From a virus (Duplodnaviria; Caudoviricetes): a stretch of DNA of 64,000 bases. Positions within the stretch are counted from its first letter, which is position 1. Every line of letters begins with the position of its first letter. The notes beneath the pieces were generated by a model, which saw only the letters and a list, made by a program, of their open reading frames with translations, did no database searches and was not told the origin of the DNA. The stretch lies in the IMG/VR virus record IMGVR_UViG_3300028833_000053. One strand, 5' to 3'. Below, piece by piece: positions 1 to 11,772 of the stretch. Both the position numbers and the translations under genes were made by a program.

Positions 1-3000
1 GCGCGTTCAATGTACTTTGGCAGAAGTTCCGAATACTTGTCTTGGTATTGCTCTGGGTTCTGCCTCACCTTGTTCACCATCTGGACAAGGCTTGCGCGTT
101 CGGGGCTTCCCGTTATGTTCGCAAGGAAGAGCTTCGTGAAGTCCTTCATTTCGTCAATCTCTGAGAAGTAGCCGTTGCGTATGTCCTTCCATGACTGGTA
201 GTGTATGCCATAGAGACGTCCGTTCAACTCGAAAGCCACGCCCTCAAGAGAACCATCGTCAGCCGGCATTATGCCGGGGTTCTTGAACTTCTTCTTCATC
301 AAGTCCGTCATGGATGCGTTTATCTAGTCCCTTACGGTCTCCGCCTGGTCTTTCTTCATCTTCTCGGGTGGCGTGTTCTTCAAAGCCTGTATGACTTCAT
401 CCGGGAAGTCCGAAGCAGAAACCTCAACTTCCTGAGCGAACTTGTTTATATCGAAGTAGGAGGCTGAGGAATCCGAAAGTTCGGAGCAGGCGAAGTCAAT
501 CACCTTCTGCTTCTGCTCCGGTTCAAGGTCAAACGTCCTCTCCTTCGTCATACCCTTCGCGTCAATCACAACAAGAGAACCCTTTGAACCCAGCTTGTTC
601 GCGTCATAGGTCGTGCCGACATAGGTTATGGTTCCGTTTTTGTCCTTGAACTCGTCGCCATTCGCAAGAAGCTCGCCAATCAACTTCACGCCCTCAACCC
701 CAACTTCGTGAAGGAAACCAGCCATCTTCTTGTTCTGGTGTTGTTCAACGTAGTCGTAGAAGTTCCTTTCGTGTGGGTGTACGCTCTTGTTGGATTCCAC
801 GCCCTGCTTGTCCATCAACCCGGAATATGAAAGCTCCATGAACACCTTGCCGTCCATCCAGGCAACCCTAAAAGGATAGCCGTCAATCTTTGGCGTGGTC
901 TTTATCATCAACGAGGAATCGTTCACTCCCGAAATGAAGTCCTGAAGAAACTGGCGCAAGTCCTTTCCAGTCAATTGGTGGATTTTCGTCATGGCTTGAC
1001 GTGGCGTGTCAATCTCCGCCATGTCCTTCGTGGAACGTATGGATTCGTCGATTTCTTCCGGTGTTTCGTAGTCGCTCACCTTCAATCCAAGGAAATCCTC
1101 CAGTTCGGGTGGTAGGTAGTCTATGCTTCCCTTCTTCAAGGGTCTTTCAATTCCCGTCTTGAGGGATTTCTTGAACTGCTCCGCCCTTGCTGGGTTCTTC
1201 AATATCCCCTGCTTCTTCACGGCTTTCCAGGCATCTTCCCATGTGAGCATGTTTGCTGAATCCACCCCAAACAGGATTTCGCATATTTCGTCCGGGTCGT
1301 TGGAAACAAGTTCACGTCCAACTTCCTTTTCGCCAGAAACATGGATTCCCTCTTCACCCTTCTTGCCCTTCATCAAGGGACGCTCAAAGATCTTCTTGAA
1401 CAGACCACCTTCCTCATGACTGTACGAGTATCTTTCCCATTTCACGGGCTGCTCTTCGTCATAGCCATTCACCATTCCAGTCTCTTCTACCCTGAATCCA
1501 GACACCCGGGCGGTCGCCGTGATTATCTGGTTGCGCACAAGTCCCTTGACGTACTTCTGCCCCTCGATTTCCTCCGGCCCATATTGTCCCCAAGCCTGGA
1601 ACTTGAGGTTGTCAACGGGAATCAGGTCAAGTTGAACGATTTGCCCTTCTTGCTCCCCATCGTCGTTGCTTATGGGATAGCCAACGGAAGTCCCTTGCCA
1701 TTCCCATCTTGGGAAGTTCTTCACGTCAAGACCGTACTTCTTGCCAAACTCTTCCGCAAGGTCAAACCATTCGCTCACGTCCGTTATTCCCTGTTTCTCT
1801 TCAAGGGCTTTCTTTGAGATTGCTATGTCTATGTCACCACTTGAACCACCGTCAAGTTTCTTTCCCGTTGAGCCTAGAAAGGAGATGTCATCGTCGGACA
1901 ATCCGAAAAACTCCTTCACCTTCTGTTTCGCGGAGTCCATCGTGGATTTCGCGTTGCGCTGGTTCAATCTGACGGCGCCCGGTATTCTATGTCCGCCCTC
2001 GTTCATCAACTTGCTTTCGCTTGTTGGCTTCTCCTTCTTTGGCTTTGGGGGTGGTGGCGTGTAGTCCACAAGGTCAAGTTCCTCCAGCATTTCCTGTGGG
2101 ATGGTCATTCCCGCGTTTATTTTTCCGATTATCTTTTCGCGCAGGGAGTCCAAGAAGATTTTCCACTTGTTCGAGTCTTTCGCCCAGACGGCTTCATGCG
2201 CAGCTTTCCAAGTTCCGTCCCACGTCATCAAGTCCTTGCCCTTCACCTTCGGACCAAACATTTTCTTCGCTATTTGGTCGGGATCGTCCGTGACAAGACT
2301 TCTCTTCGCTTTTTCGCCTGACTTGTACACGGTGTCCGTTGCGCCCTTTGGTTGGTTTGTCATGGGTTCACGATAGCACTTCTTGATGTTGAGTCCCTCT
2401 GGCGTGTAGAAGGAATATTCCTCCCATTCCACCATATCCTCCTTTATCCCGTCCTTGCCTTTGACAAGTCCAGTCTTTATAACTTTCACGTCGTCCATGG
2501 CGTGAGCCGCGGCCTCGAATATCAAGTTGCGTATGCAACCCTTTATGTATTGTTGACCTTCAATTTCCTTGGGTGCGTATTGAGACCACACTTGGAACTT
2601 CATGTTCCTTGAAGTCATCATGTCAAGTTGGACAAACTCACCCTCTTGCTTGCCGTCGAAATTCTGAATTGGACACTTTATGGAATAGAGGTTGCCTTTC
2701 AGCCTTGACTCTATTCCCATCTTGTTGAGTATGGGCGTGGCGTATTCCGCTATGGCTTTCGCTTGTTCATCAGCGGTCATAGCGTCCTTGAGATAATCCA
2801 CCTTCGTTGCGTCTATTCCAAGGTCAATGTCACCGCTTGAACCCCCTGCCAGCTTCTTGCCCGTGCTTCCCAATGGCTGCACGTATTTTCGGCTTATGCC
2901 AATCGCCGGAAGTATGGTTTCGTAGATGTACTTCAACGTTGCCGCCACGTTCTCCTAGTGGATTCGCGTTGCGTCATCAAACATGTTTCCACCTTCAAGC

Positions 3001-3083
3001 ATCAAGTTCTTTTCTTCGCCCACAAGGATGTCACGCAAGTCGTTTGCGTCCATTTTGCTCACAAGTTCTTTTATATTGTCCAT
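1..3083 (-). CDS. Multidomain protein: two tandem polbeta-superfamily nucleotidyltransferase-like domains plus a C-terminal ATP-dependent ligase-like (KxDG) domain; runs off the window; code 15
   Basis: ATG at 3083; in-frame TAGs at 2955-2957 and 324-326, frame then open to the window edge. Two copies of LGSTGKKLxGGSSGDIDxxI...VQLD; third domain TPKIDG...IGELL...SLEGVAF (ligase motif I/III/IV-like, motif IV lies after the second TAG). Confidence 0.75.
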
Positions 3084-3115
3084 ACTGTTGTACCCGTAGA
3101 TTTCTGGTTCTATGC

Positions 3116-3147
3116 TATTTACCATTCTTCTTCAGATATGGTAAATA
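3116..3147. promoter_or_regulatory. Divergent pair of late-type promoters (TATTTAC / GTAAATA)
   Basis: TATTTAC 3116-3122 and GTAAATA 3141-3147 between two divergent genes; variant of the T4 late promoter TATAAATA. Confidence 0.7.
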
Positions 3148-3155
3148 GAAACACC

Positions 3156-5042
3156 ATGAAAACCAAATCCCATTTCAACGAAGGCGGAAACATGTTTCCC
3201 GATTGCGTTCCCATCCACCAGGAGAACGTTGAAGCGACTTTGAAGGACATACAGGAAAGGTATTTGTCCAAGCAGTTGCATCTTGACCCAAAGACCGACA
3301 CATCCACGTTGGGGTCTACCGGAAAGAAACTCAAAGGTCAGACCAGCAACGATATGGACATTGCAATCGACTACAACAAGTTGAAGGAGATTTGGGATTT
3401 GCCAGAATGGACGGGGAAGCGTCTTGAGGAATGGGTGGATTTGGCGAAGGATGCCGCCGACAAATGTGGCGTTCAATTCAATATGGCCGCCACGGTATGT
3501 TCCCTGCGTTGGCCGATAGCAAACGCTGATGGGGAGCAAGAAGGTAAATTCATACAAGTTGACTTGATGCCCACGCCCAACATGAAGATGACAAGTTTCG
3601 GAAGGTTTTCCCAACAGGCGAAGGCTGGCGAGACTTTCTTCAAGGGGACTGTCAGGAACATAATGCTTTCCATAATGGCGCGTTGCTCATACCATAAAGA
3701 CTTGACCGACGAAACCCACGTCAAGGTTCTTGACGATGGCACGGAAAAGGAAGTACACAACGAGTACGAGGGTTGGACGTATGACGGCAACACCGGACTT
3801 CACCTTTGCCACAAGAAGTACGAGCAGTACACCAAGAATGGCAAGGGCTACAAGAAGGGGGATTGGAAACCCCATGCTTCCGTTGTTGAATCTCCTGTCA
3901 TTTCATCTGACCCAGACGAAATCGTGGAAATGATATTTGGCAAGGGCGTGACTCCTGAGGACATTGACACCGTGCAGAAGATGTGGAAAGCATGGAAGAA
4001 CGCCCCAGCGGTGAAAGAGAATCCAGATTTGCTTCAAGAGGTGCGTGAACAAATTGAAAGGTCATCCACAAGAAGTCCGGACATCCAATTCCCGGATTTT
4101 GATGGTGAGGAATTCGTCAATGAAGCGAAGATTAAGAAAGACCCATCCGAGCAGGTTGACGATTACATCAAGTCCCTTTCCAGAGATCAAATCCAAACTC
4201 TCACGTTGAGGTGTTCAGAACTTTTGGACAAGTGGAACGAGCCACAGGGTTCCGACACAATCCTCAGAGTGAGGCATGTGGTGGACAACGATGAGAGGTT
4301 CCTGAAGTTCTTGCGCAAGACCGTTCCATTGACGGAGCCAAAGCCCCGGGACATGGGCGCAAACACTTTTGTTTCGCGTTTCTTCGACCCGCCGTTTGAT
4401 CTTGAGGAGTTCATTGGAAAGATGGCAAAGGAGAAAGGCATACCCTTTGCGCAAGCGGAGGAGGAATGGACAAGAAGCAACATGGACAAGACACACGTTG
4501 GAAGATACGCCCATATGCTTGCAGACGATGCCGTGAACGGACGTCCGCCCTCAAAGGAAGGTACTAATCCAAAGGAGATTGCCATTTACACCGCCATTTA
4601 CGACTACGCCAAGAAGCTGGTTGAGGATGCCACAGACGTTGAAAGCGAGGTTTCCCTTCACGCAAGTTCGGCAACAGTTGGTGGCAAGTTCGACTTGTTG
4701 ATGAAGAAGAATGGCGTTTGGACTTTGGTTGACTGGAAAACCAATGGCGAGGAACTTGATGACATTCCAACAGGCAAGGTTGGACTTGACGAATTGACAA
4801 AGGACATCAACAACAACTCCTACAACAAGTACGCGCTCCAGTTGAACGTCTACGAATGGGCTGCGAAGGACTCCGGCAAGATTCAGAAGGATGCCGTTGT
4901 GAGCAAGGAACTCCACCACTTCCAGTACCTTGAAGACGGCAAGCCGGTGAAGATAAGGGTGGTCAAGGTTCCAGATCTCCAGGAACTTGTCCAGGCGATG
5001 GTGGAACGGGCAGTTGAAATGGGCGTCGTGAAACGGAAATGA
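3156..5042 (+). CDS. Polbeta-like nucleotidyltransferase domain fused to a C-terminal PD-(D/E)xK (RecB/Cas4-like) nuclease
   Basis: ATG 3156 just after GTAAATA; LGSTGKK...SNDMDIAID...QVDLM; C-terminal HVGRYAH...ESEV...GKFDLL...VDWKT...YALQLNVY. Confidence 0.75.
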   Translation: MKTKSHFNEGGNMFPDCVPIHQENVEATLKDIQERYLSKQLHLDPKTDTSTLGSTGKKLKGQTSNDMDIAIDYNKLKEIWDLPEWTGKRLEEWVDLAKDAADKCGVQFNMAATVCSLRWPIANADGEQEGKFIQVDLMPTPNMKMTSFGRFSQQAKAGETFFKGTVRNIMLSIMARCSYHKDLTDETHVKVLDDGTEKEVHNEYEGWTYDGNTGLHLCHKKYEQYTKNGKGYKKGDWKPHASVVESPVISSDPDEIVEMIFGKGVTPEDIDTVQKMWKAWKNAPAVKENPDLLQEVREQIERSSTRSPDIQFPDFDGEEFVNEAKIKKDPSEQVDDYIKSLSRDQIQTLTLRCSELLDKWNEPQGSDTILRVRHVVDNDERFLKFLRKTVPLTEPKPRDMGANTFVSRFFDPPFDLEEFIGKMAKEKGIPFAQAEEEWTRSNMDKTHVGRYAHMLADDAVNGRPPSKEGTNPKEIAIYTAIYDYAKKLVEDATDVESEVSLHASSATVGGKFDLLMKKNGVWTLVDWKTNGEELDDIPTGKVGLDELTKDINNNSYNKYALQLNVYEWAAKDSGKIQKDAVVSKELHHFQYLEDGKPVKIRVVKVPDLQELVQAMVERAVEMGVVKRK

Positions 5043-5086
5043 GTTTTGTAAATATAACTTGAAACAGACATTGAGGAAACAAGCAG

Positions 5087-6367
5087 ATGAAATTCAAGAA
5101 GATTGTTAAAGAGGCATCTGATTTGGATGATAGAGACTATGAGACTGCGCAAAGCATGTAGGATTTTGCGAAAGAGAACATTCCTGAAGTCAAGGCAGTT
5201 GTCTCTGGAAGCGAAAGGGGAAAGCTATATGTGATGATCAAATCAGATGTATACATAATGGCTGACCAGGCAAAGGAAATCGCAAAGGAATTGATACGTG
5301 GAACCGGTGCCCGTGGCTACCGGTATGCTGGGGTGAACAAGGCAGATCCATATATTGTCCTTGTGAACAAAGGTGTCAGAATGAACGAGGCGAGGAAGCC
5401 AATGAAGAAAGCGCAGAAGAAGCAACAGTGGTGGTTTGACATTCCTGGCGCGAAGTACATCTACCACGGAGACTGGTCTGACCCTGAAATCCAGTACAAG
5501 GGTTTCTCAATCAACTATTGGGACGTGGAGGAAGGTTTGCTTTCAGCCTACCGTGACGAGCATCCAGAAGACAAGGATGACAAGGGATTCGACGCGTGGA
5601 TGGCTGAACAGGGTGGACCCGGTGGATACCTTGAAGGTGAACTTGACAATTGCATTTATGCAGCACTTGGCGACGACAACGTTGAGGAAGAGCCTTGGCT
5701 TGGAATACCGGACGCCTACAAGGTGAAGGAGGTCTATGGTCAGGGAGAAGGTGAGTTCATCTTGTACAAGGATTGCCTTGTGAACGTTGCGGACGTTGAC
5801 TACTATGATTCGGAGTATGATGATTGGTATCCCTATTCCGACAATCCAGAGAACTTTGAGGCATACTATAGCGATCCGAAGAACAAGAAGGAACTGGTTG
5901 ACAAGCTCAACGAGCAGGTTTCCTACTACATGAGCGAAAGCACGAAGTTCAACGAGGGTTGGCTTGGTGATAAGGTGAAGGCCGGTTGGAACAAGGTCAA
6001 GGACGGAGCCAAGAAGGTTGGCAAGGCAATTGGAAAGGCTTTGAACGGTCCGTTCAAGAAAGGTGACGTTGTTCAGATGTCTGGCGAGGATGGTGAGAAG
6101 TTCAAGGGAACTATTATGGGCTATGACCGTGGCGAACAAACATACAGTGTGATGCTGGGACGCTAGGTGGCAAATGAGGGTTTGCAAGAGGACGTTCTTG
6201 ACATGGCCGACAGAGAGGACGAGTTGGTGTGGATGATTCAAGAGAAGTTCTGGGATTTGGCCGAGGAAGCCGATCCTGACAGTTTACGCCAACTCATAGA
6301 GAACTGCGTTGAACTTGAGAAAGTCAAACCAGGGAAACTGGATGAGATTATCAACCAAGAGTTCTGA
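5087..6367 (+). CDS. Hypothetical modular (probable head-internal) protein, 426 aa, code 15
   Basis: GTAAATA 5048; ATG 5087 MKFKKIVKEAS; TAGs at 5159 and 6164 join ORFs 5231..6166 and 6167..6367; modules separated by NEA/NEG; TGA stop. Confidence 0.75.
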
Positions 6368-6393
6368 TGAAATCTCTTTGTAGAATAAACAAT

Positions 6394-6424
6394 AATGGCG
6401 TGGAGAAAATCCACGCCATTTTTT
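6394..6424. terminator. Bidirectional intrinsic terminator
   Basis: AATGGCGTGGA-gaaaa-TCCACGCCATT-TTTT between convergent genes. Confidence 0.75.
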
Positions 6425-6446
6425 CTGAATGTGTCTATCATTGATA

Positions 6447-6845
6447 TTAGTGGGTATATCTTTCCGTAAACTACCTAAACAATAGGTTGCCATAAAGAAA
6501 CGCCTCACTTTCAATCTCCTTAAGTTCTGGGTCTTCATTCAACGGCTTGTCAGACACATGTCCTTGAAATCCCTGTGGGTCAACTAGATTTTGGTTGCGA
6601 TGAACCATTTCGTGACAAAACGTCCGAAGAATGTCCTTGATGTGCCTGTTGTCTATGAACAGTACAAGATGGTTGTCGCTTGGATCATAATATCCGGTCT
6701 TTATGAAAAGTTCATCTTCTGGATTTGGGGTCTTGTCAAGGGTGATTCTCGGAAGCGGTTCCACTTCAAATCCAATTTCTCTGAAATACTTTATGATTTC
6801 CTCAATCCAGTAGTTCAGCATGTCTATCTTGGTTTCATTGTCCAT
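6447..6845 (-). CDS. Zincin-like metallopeptidase (HExxH)
   Basis: HEMVH...EIESEA; TAG at 6471 read as Gln, TAA at 6447; late promoter TATTTAC at 6854-6860. Confidence 0.7.
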
Positions 6846-6891
6846 GGTACTGTTATTTACCACAATTTGCGTGGAATGGTAAATAGTTGAT

Positions 6892-9648
6892 ATGAGGAAA
6901 TATGTTCTTAACATAGACCGTCTTTATACGGGAGCCACGTCCAACGCCTTGGTGTTGAATCAAGTTGACGAGGATTTGCCAGTTCTTATTCGTCAGATTT
7001 CTGGAAAGGAACTTGAAACACCAACTATGTGGTTGGAACGCAGGAAGAAACTGCATCCAGGATTTGACCCAGAAACCTATTTGGGGGAGCAAGAAACAAG
7101 ACAGAGTTTTTAGGAAATTTGGCATTGGAACAAACGGCTTCAAAATATAAATTCCTACATAGACCACATAAACCAACTTGCACTGTCAACCAATCCAGCG
7201 GCGAGAACAATACCGCACTTGAATGGGAAAACAGAGACTCGCACGTTCCAAGAATGGGCGAACGCCGCAAACGTCATAAACAGGAATTTTCTTCCGGCTT
7301 CAATATTTGGTTGGTGGAAACCGGATGATGTTCTTGAATTCTTGTCAGAATCCAGATTGTCAAACCAACTTGACCAATTGAATAGATATTTGGATTGGTT
7401 CAAAGTACCCTTGATAACGAAGAGGAAAGACCTTGCAGATGAGAACAAATATTGGCTGGACGGTTTGGTTTTCTTGATGAGGAAAAACCATCCGGAGTTT
7501 TCCGAAAACGTATACAGTGCCAAGTATGACGATCTTCGAGCCTTCGTTCAGATGAACTATGCGCCATCGTTCAATCCAGTTGAGGAATTTGGTTGGTGGA
7601 CTGACGACATCCTCAACATGAGTATGCAGAGCATATTTTATATTATGGAAAAAGACCTTTCCGTGTTGAATGGCTACATACTTGATTTCAACCTTGCCTT
7701 GCAGGAAGAATTCAAGTCAAGGGGACACGATGAACTTTATTTGATGGATGATACCCAACGCATGAAGCCGGACGAAGAGGACAAGAGCGTTTCCTCCGAA
7801 AAGACATATCTTCATTCGTTGAATGGCTGGAAGGACATTCAGAGGAATGAAACAACGCCGGATAAGTATGTCAACTCCTCTCAGTTGAACGTTCTTTTTC
7901 CGTTCAAGAAAACCACAAACAAGTCATTGTATGCATCCCAACTCAAGGTCACGTCGGCAATTGACATCGACGACATTCTTGAACGTTCCAGGAACATAAC
8001 TCTGCAGGGAAAAGTGAGCTATGAGAAGTGCGTCTAGTCAATGGCATAGACTGGAAACAACCTTTACGTCATGTCAACGATGATTGACATTGGAAACGAT
8101 GATTCCGATTCACATATCATTGGAAACCACCTCACGGTTCTCAATGGATATGGCAACCCCTATCACTTTCCCAACAGTATGACGCTGTTCCAGCCAAGTC
8201 AGGAGCATTGTGACGGCCCCAACTTGGCAAAGGTTGACGGAACCACCAATTTCATAACTTGGTGCAAGGCGCATGACAGAAAGTTCCGTGTCAGGCTTTC
8301 GGATATATATGGCGGCAACGTTTCGCCGTTGAAATGCCTCGGTCCGGGATCATATGAAATAGACCTTGCCACATACGGACCAACGGACATTGTTCTTGAC
8401 AATGGATATGAGAGGGAATATGTCTCTTTGACAAGCGAGACGTTCAGGAAGATACGAAACGAGGAATTTGAAACCGACTTGTACGATGACAGAACCTATG
8501 TCATAGACAACAGGCGTTTGGACGCAGGTGATGACATCAGTGACGTTGGGTTGATGTTCAACTTGTATGACACGTTCATCACGGGCAAGGACAGGATATT
8601 GTCGATGAGCGTTCCATCCGACAAGGACTTCAACAGGTTGTTCTTGAACTTTGACTGCATTTCCCACATTGAACCCGACATGGCCGAGACCATGGAAGTT
8701 GCAGTCTATATCAACGAGGCGAACAACTCCTATCTTGTGTTCGAGGGTGAACTTGGAAAGAACCACGATCTTGATTCCAAGAAAACTTGCAGCTATTCCT
8801 TGGAGGATGCCGCCGTTTCCTCCCACAATCTTCAGATAGTTGTGCGTATTCACTACACCGTGGATTTCGGCAAGCGCAACAGCGAAAAGGCGTACAGAGA
8901 GAAGTTGAGGAAGTCCGGCGTCATATTGAACAACATACGCATCGAGAATGGAATCGTGGAAACTCTCAACCGCCTCACGTTCGGCTCCTATGTGAATGAA
9001 TCCGGAATAGGCGAGGAAGAGCGCGACAAGAGGTATGACGAGTTTTGGCAGGTTTCCCAATACAAGAAGGACATTCCATACCAAACGGTGTTGGAGACTT
9101 CATTGAGAAGAACATCAACCGCGGGCATAGAATATCCCAATAACTATTCCAGTGGCGACATCTACGCGGATATGTTCATGACAAAATCCATGCTTGACCC
9201 AAGATACGACATGAACATATTTGTTGATCCAAGCAACAGCAAGATGCTCAGGGCGGAAGGACGTGACTACATAGGTCTTGGACAATGTTCAAATCAATTG
9301 TCCTTGTTCTACAAGCCCATTGACGTTTCAATTGGCTATCAGGAGAACGCCGATCAAGTTACGGCCTATCGTGTGAACCCCGAACCTGACTTAAAATATC
9401 AGATGGTGGAAGTTGTCAAGAACATAAACCGTTTCGAGTCATCCATCAAGCACAAGTCCAACGTGTTTTCAGTTGTTGTTCAGAACTCCAATCTTGCTCC
9501 AAGTAACAAGAAGGACAAGACGGATGACGAGGAAAAATTGGAAGAGTACAAGGAGCGGTTGCGTGATTCCATAACTCAGTTCGTGAGGAACACTTGCGAG
9601 AGCATAGTTCCGGTGCATACGCAATTGTTTGACGTTCAATTTACATAA
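6892..9648 (+). CDS. Large virion structural protein, possibly baseplate wedge component (918 aa, code 15)
   Basis: TAGs at 7111, 8035 and 8047 join three track ORFs in one frame; GTAAATA 6879; C-terminal IVPVHT resembles the PAH/PAG ending of baseplate wedge proteins (weak). Confidence 0.55.
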
Positions 9649-9650
9649 TA

Positions 9651-9686
9651 AAAAAAAGCCCAGGTTTCCCTGGGCTTTCGTTTTTT
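9651..9686. terminator. Bidirectional intrinsic terminator
   Basis: AAAAAAAGCCCAGG-tttc-CCTGGGCTTT followed by a T-rich tract. Confidence 0.75.
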
Positions 9687-9702
9687 CCAACAATCTACAA
9701 TT

Positions 9703-9918
9703 TCAGCGGTGCCTGTAGACAACTCTTCCCTTCGTCAAGTCGTATGCGGAAACCTCCAAGTCCACCGTGTCCCCGATTATGAGCTTGATTGAGTGCATTT
9801 TCATCTTCCCGTTCAACGTGCAGAGAATCTTCATCTTGGTCTCGTTGTCCTCGACCTCGTATGTCCCGCCATGAACCTTCGTGACGGTTCCGACTCTCCT
9901 TATCATGTCATCCTTCAT
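9703..9918 (-). CDS. infA: Translation initiation factor IF-1
   Basis: 71 aa; GTVTKV...YEVE...ILCTLNGKMKMHSIKLIIGDTVDLEVSAYDLTKGRVVYR is the typical IF-1 pattern. Confidence 0.9.
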   Translation of the reverse strand: MKDDMIRRVGTVTKVHGGTYEVEDNETKMKILCTLNGKMKMHSIKLIIGDTVDLEVSAYDLTKGRVVYRHR

Positions 9919-9960
9919 ACTGTTGGTTTCCTTTTAACCCGCTCCGCTTTGTTGTTTTTG

Positions 9961-10326
9961 TCAGGAATTTCTTTGAATGTTGTCGTCAATCATCTGCTTG
10001 ACGATTCCATTGAGGAGTCCCTTGAACGCCACCTGGTCGAAACTTTCGTCCAGCTTGTCATTCACCAGTCTCTCCACACTGAAAGTATACATCTTTTCGT
10101 CGGACTTGTAAAGATTCTGCTTCAAGTCCTGCGTCACGCAGTACTCCAGCACGTTGATGACGTCCGCAAGATTGCGAATAAAGTGCTTCTTCAAGCTGTG
10201 CAGGCAATACTCGTAGTTTCGGTCATTGTAGTGCACCGCATAACGTACATGGGTGCGTTCCTTCTGGTTGGTTGTCACTTTGATTTCCATTTCGTTCACC
10301 TCAATTCTCTTCGGTCTTGATATCAC
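9961..10326 (-). CDS. Hypothetical protein
   Basis: ORF in the leftward early operon downstream of the DUF932-like gene; start uncertain. Confidence 0.55.
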   Translation of the reverse strand: MISRPKRIEVNEMEIKVTTNQKERTHVRYAVHYNDRNYEYCLHSLKKHFIRNLADVINVLEYCVTQDLKQNLYKSDEKMYTFSVERLVNDKLDESFDQVAFKGLLNGIVKQMIDDNIQRNS

Positions 10327-10570
10327 CGGTGTGCAGTCCCTTGAGACGTGCGGGAATCACACGCTTGACGTTGCACTCGTCACAACACACATTCCAGCCT
10401 TCAGTCCCAAATGCCTCCATAACCGGACGGGGATCGTTCCCAAACCCCTCAATTTCCTTTCCACAGAGGCAACAGGTCTTTACCTTCTTTTCCATCGTAT
10501 TCTTCTCCTTCTTGAAAAACTTGAATCGGTCGGTGGAACTGCTAGGAATCAGCTCCACCAACCAACTCAA
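10301..10570 (-). CDS. Small Zn-finger protein (CxxC...CxxC)
   Basis: CCLCGKEIEGFGNDPRP...CCDECN; true start may be internal. Confidence 0.6.
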   Translation of the reverse strand: MSWLVELIPSSSTDRFKFFKKEKNTMEKKVKTCCLCGKEIEGFGNDPRPVMEAFGTEGWNVCCDECNVKRVIPARLKGLHTGDIKTEEN

Positions 10571-10576
10571 AATCCC

Positions 10577-11503
10577 TTATGCAACCTTCTTGCCGGTCAC
10601 GGTCTCCAGCTTCTTGAGGAAGCCACCGAACGTGGACTTGCCAATCGTGGTCTCCATGAACTTGCGCTCGAACTTCGTCTTCGTGTCCTTGCCAATCGTG
10701 TGCGTGGTGAAGTCGGCGTAGGCGCGGATGAGACCCCAGGCGTTGCCATAGTGCGCCTTGTTGCCCGCGTCATTGTAGCAGGACAGGAACATCTGGCGGT
10801 TCTTCTGAACGCTCGCCTTGACGGTCTCGCTCATGCTCTCGCGGATGGGGAAGAGCAGCTCAAGGAACAGCTCAATCTGCTTCTTGTCCATCTTGATGTC
10901 GGCGTAACGCTCCGCGGCCTTGCGGAGACCATCCATGTAGCGGCGGACGCTCACAAGAGCCTCCTGACCCTGCCTCATGCGCGAAGGAAGGTTCACGCTG
11001 TGCTTGACGTTGATGGACGAGGCGATGCCATTGAGACCAATACTCACCTGCGCGTAGTTGGCGGTGGAAAGGGCAACGATGTTCGCCCGAACCTTGTACT
11101 TGCCATTGAAGCTGTTCTGAAGGACGATGCAAGGAACGTAGTCTTCGCCAAGAATCTTGATGGCGGGAAGCTGACCCACAACCCAGCACAGCCCGGAGTA
11201 GGTCATTCCACCACGGGTGAACTTCAGCTTGGAGTCGATGTAGTCGGCGAACGCAAAGGCTGTCGCGTTCTGGCAAATCTCATATCCCTTGCCAACGATG
11301 CCAAGGTAGCCATCCTTGTCCGTGCGGACCGTGGCGAACTTGTCGGCGATCTGCTTCATGTTGGGTCCGAAGAACAGGGGACGCTTCTCAACGTCAAACG
11401 CCAGACCCACTGCCTCAAGTGCGTCCGAAATCTTCTTCGTGTTGGTGGAACGTCCAACGTTCTCCCAGGTTGCCACGCGGTTGGTCTGCTTGACTGATGC
11501 CAT
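10577..11503 (-). CDS. DUF932 / phage-plasmid TIGR03299-like protein
   Basis: GLAFDVEKRPL...ATVRTD...LGIVGKGYEICQN...NSFNG...KHS...GNAWGLIRAYADF; directly downstream of a sigma70-type promoter. Confidence 0.75.
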   Translation of the reverse strand: MASVKQTNRVATWENVGRSTNTKKISDALEAVGLAFDVEKRPLFFGPNMKQIADKFATVRTDKDGYLGIVGKGYEICQNATAFAFADYIDSKLKFTRGGMTYSGLCWVVGQLPAIKILGEDYVPCIVLQNSFNGKYKVRANIVALSTANYAQVSIGLNGIASSINVKHSVNLPSRMRQGQEALVSVRRYMDGLRKAAERYADIKMDKKQIELFLELLFPIRESMSETVKASVQKNRQMFLSCYNDAGNKAHYGNAWGLIRAYADFTTHTIGKDTKTKFERKFMETTIGKSTFGGFLKKLETVTGKKVA

Positions 11504-11604
11504 AACTACTACTCCTTGTCAGGAACTCATGGGCTTCCCGTTCTCCCATCCACAATCGGCGTTTCCTCAACCTTGAAGAACCCTTACCTCTCGTGAACAC
11601 CAAC

Positions 11605-11633
11605 AGTATAGCATATTGGCGTCCGGAAAGCAA
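11605..11633 (-). promoter_or_regulatory. Sigma70-type early promoter
   Basis: TTGCTT-N17-TATACT on the minus strand with an AT-rich upstream tract. Confidence 0.7.
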
Positions 11634-11772
11634 TAGGGTTTGGAAAATAAATTGAAAAATATTTTCTGTGGCTATAATGTTCCAAAAGGGGTCTGAAAAA
11701 CGCCATTTTGGAAAAATATAAAGGATGGACATTTAGCCCATCCCTTATGCCCTTGTTCTGATTCAACAAAAA

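Noticed and set aside
2958-3155. N-terminal extension of the 694-aa ORF in the track
   Set aside because: Overlaps the true 5' end of the opposite gene and the divergent promoters; ATG 3156 fits better.
324-3700. CBASS CD-NTase
   Set aside because: Shares only the generic polbeta GS/DxD motif; no Cap effectors nearby, and it is expressed from late-type promoters.
4480-5042. Cas4 as part of a CRISPR-Cas locus
   Set aside because: PD-(D/E)xK domain lacks the Fe-S cysteines, and no cas genes or array are nearby.
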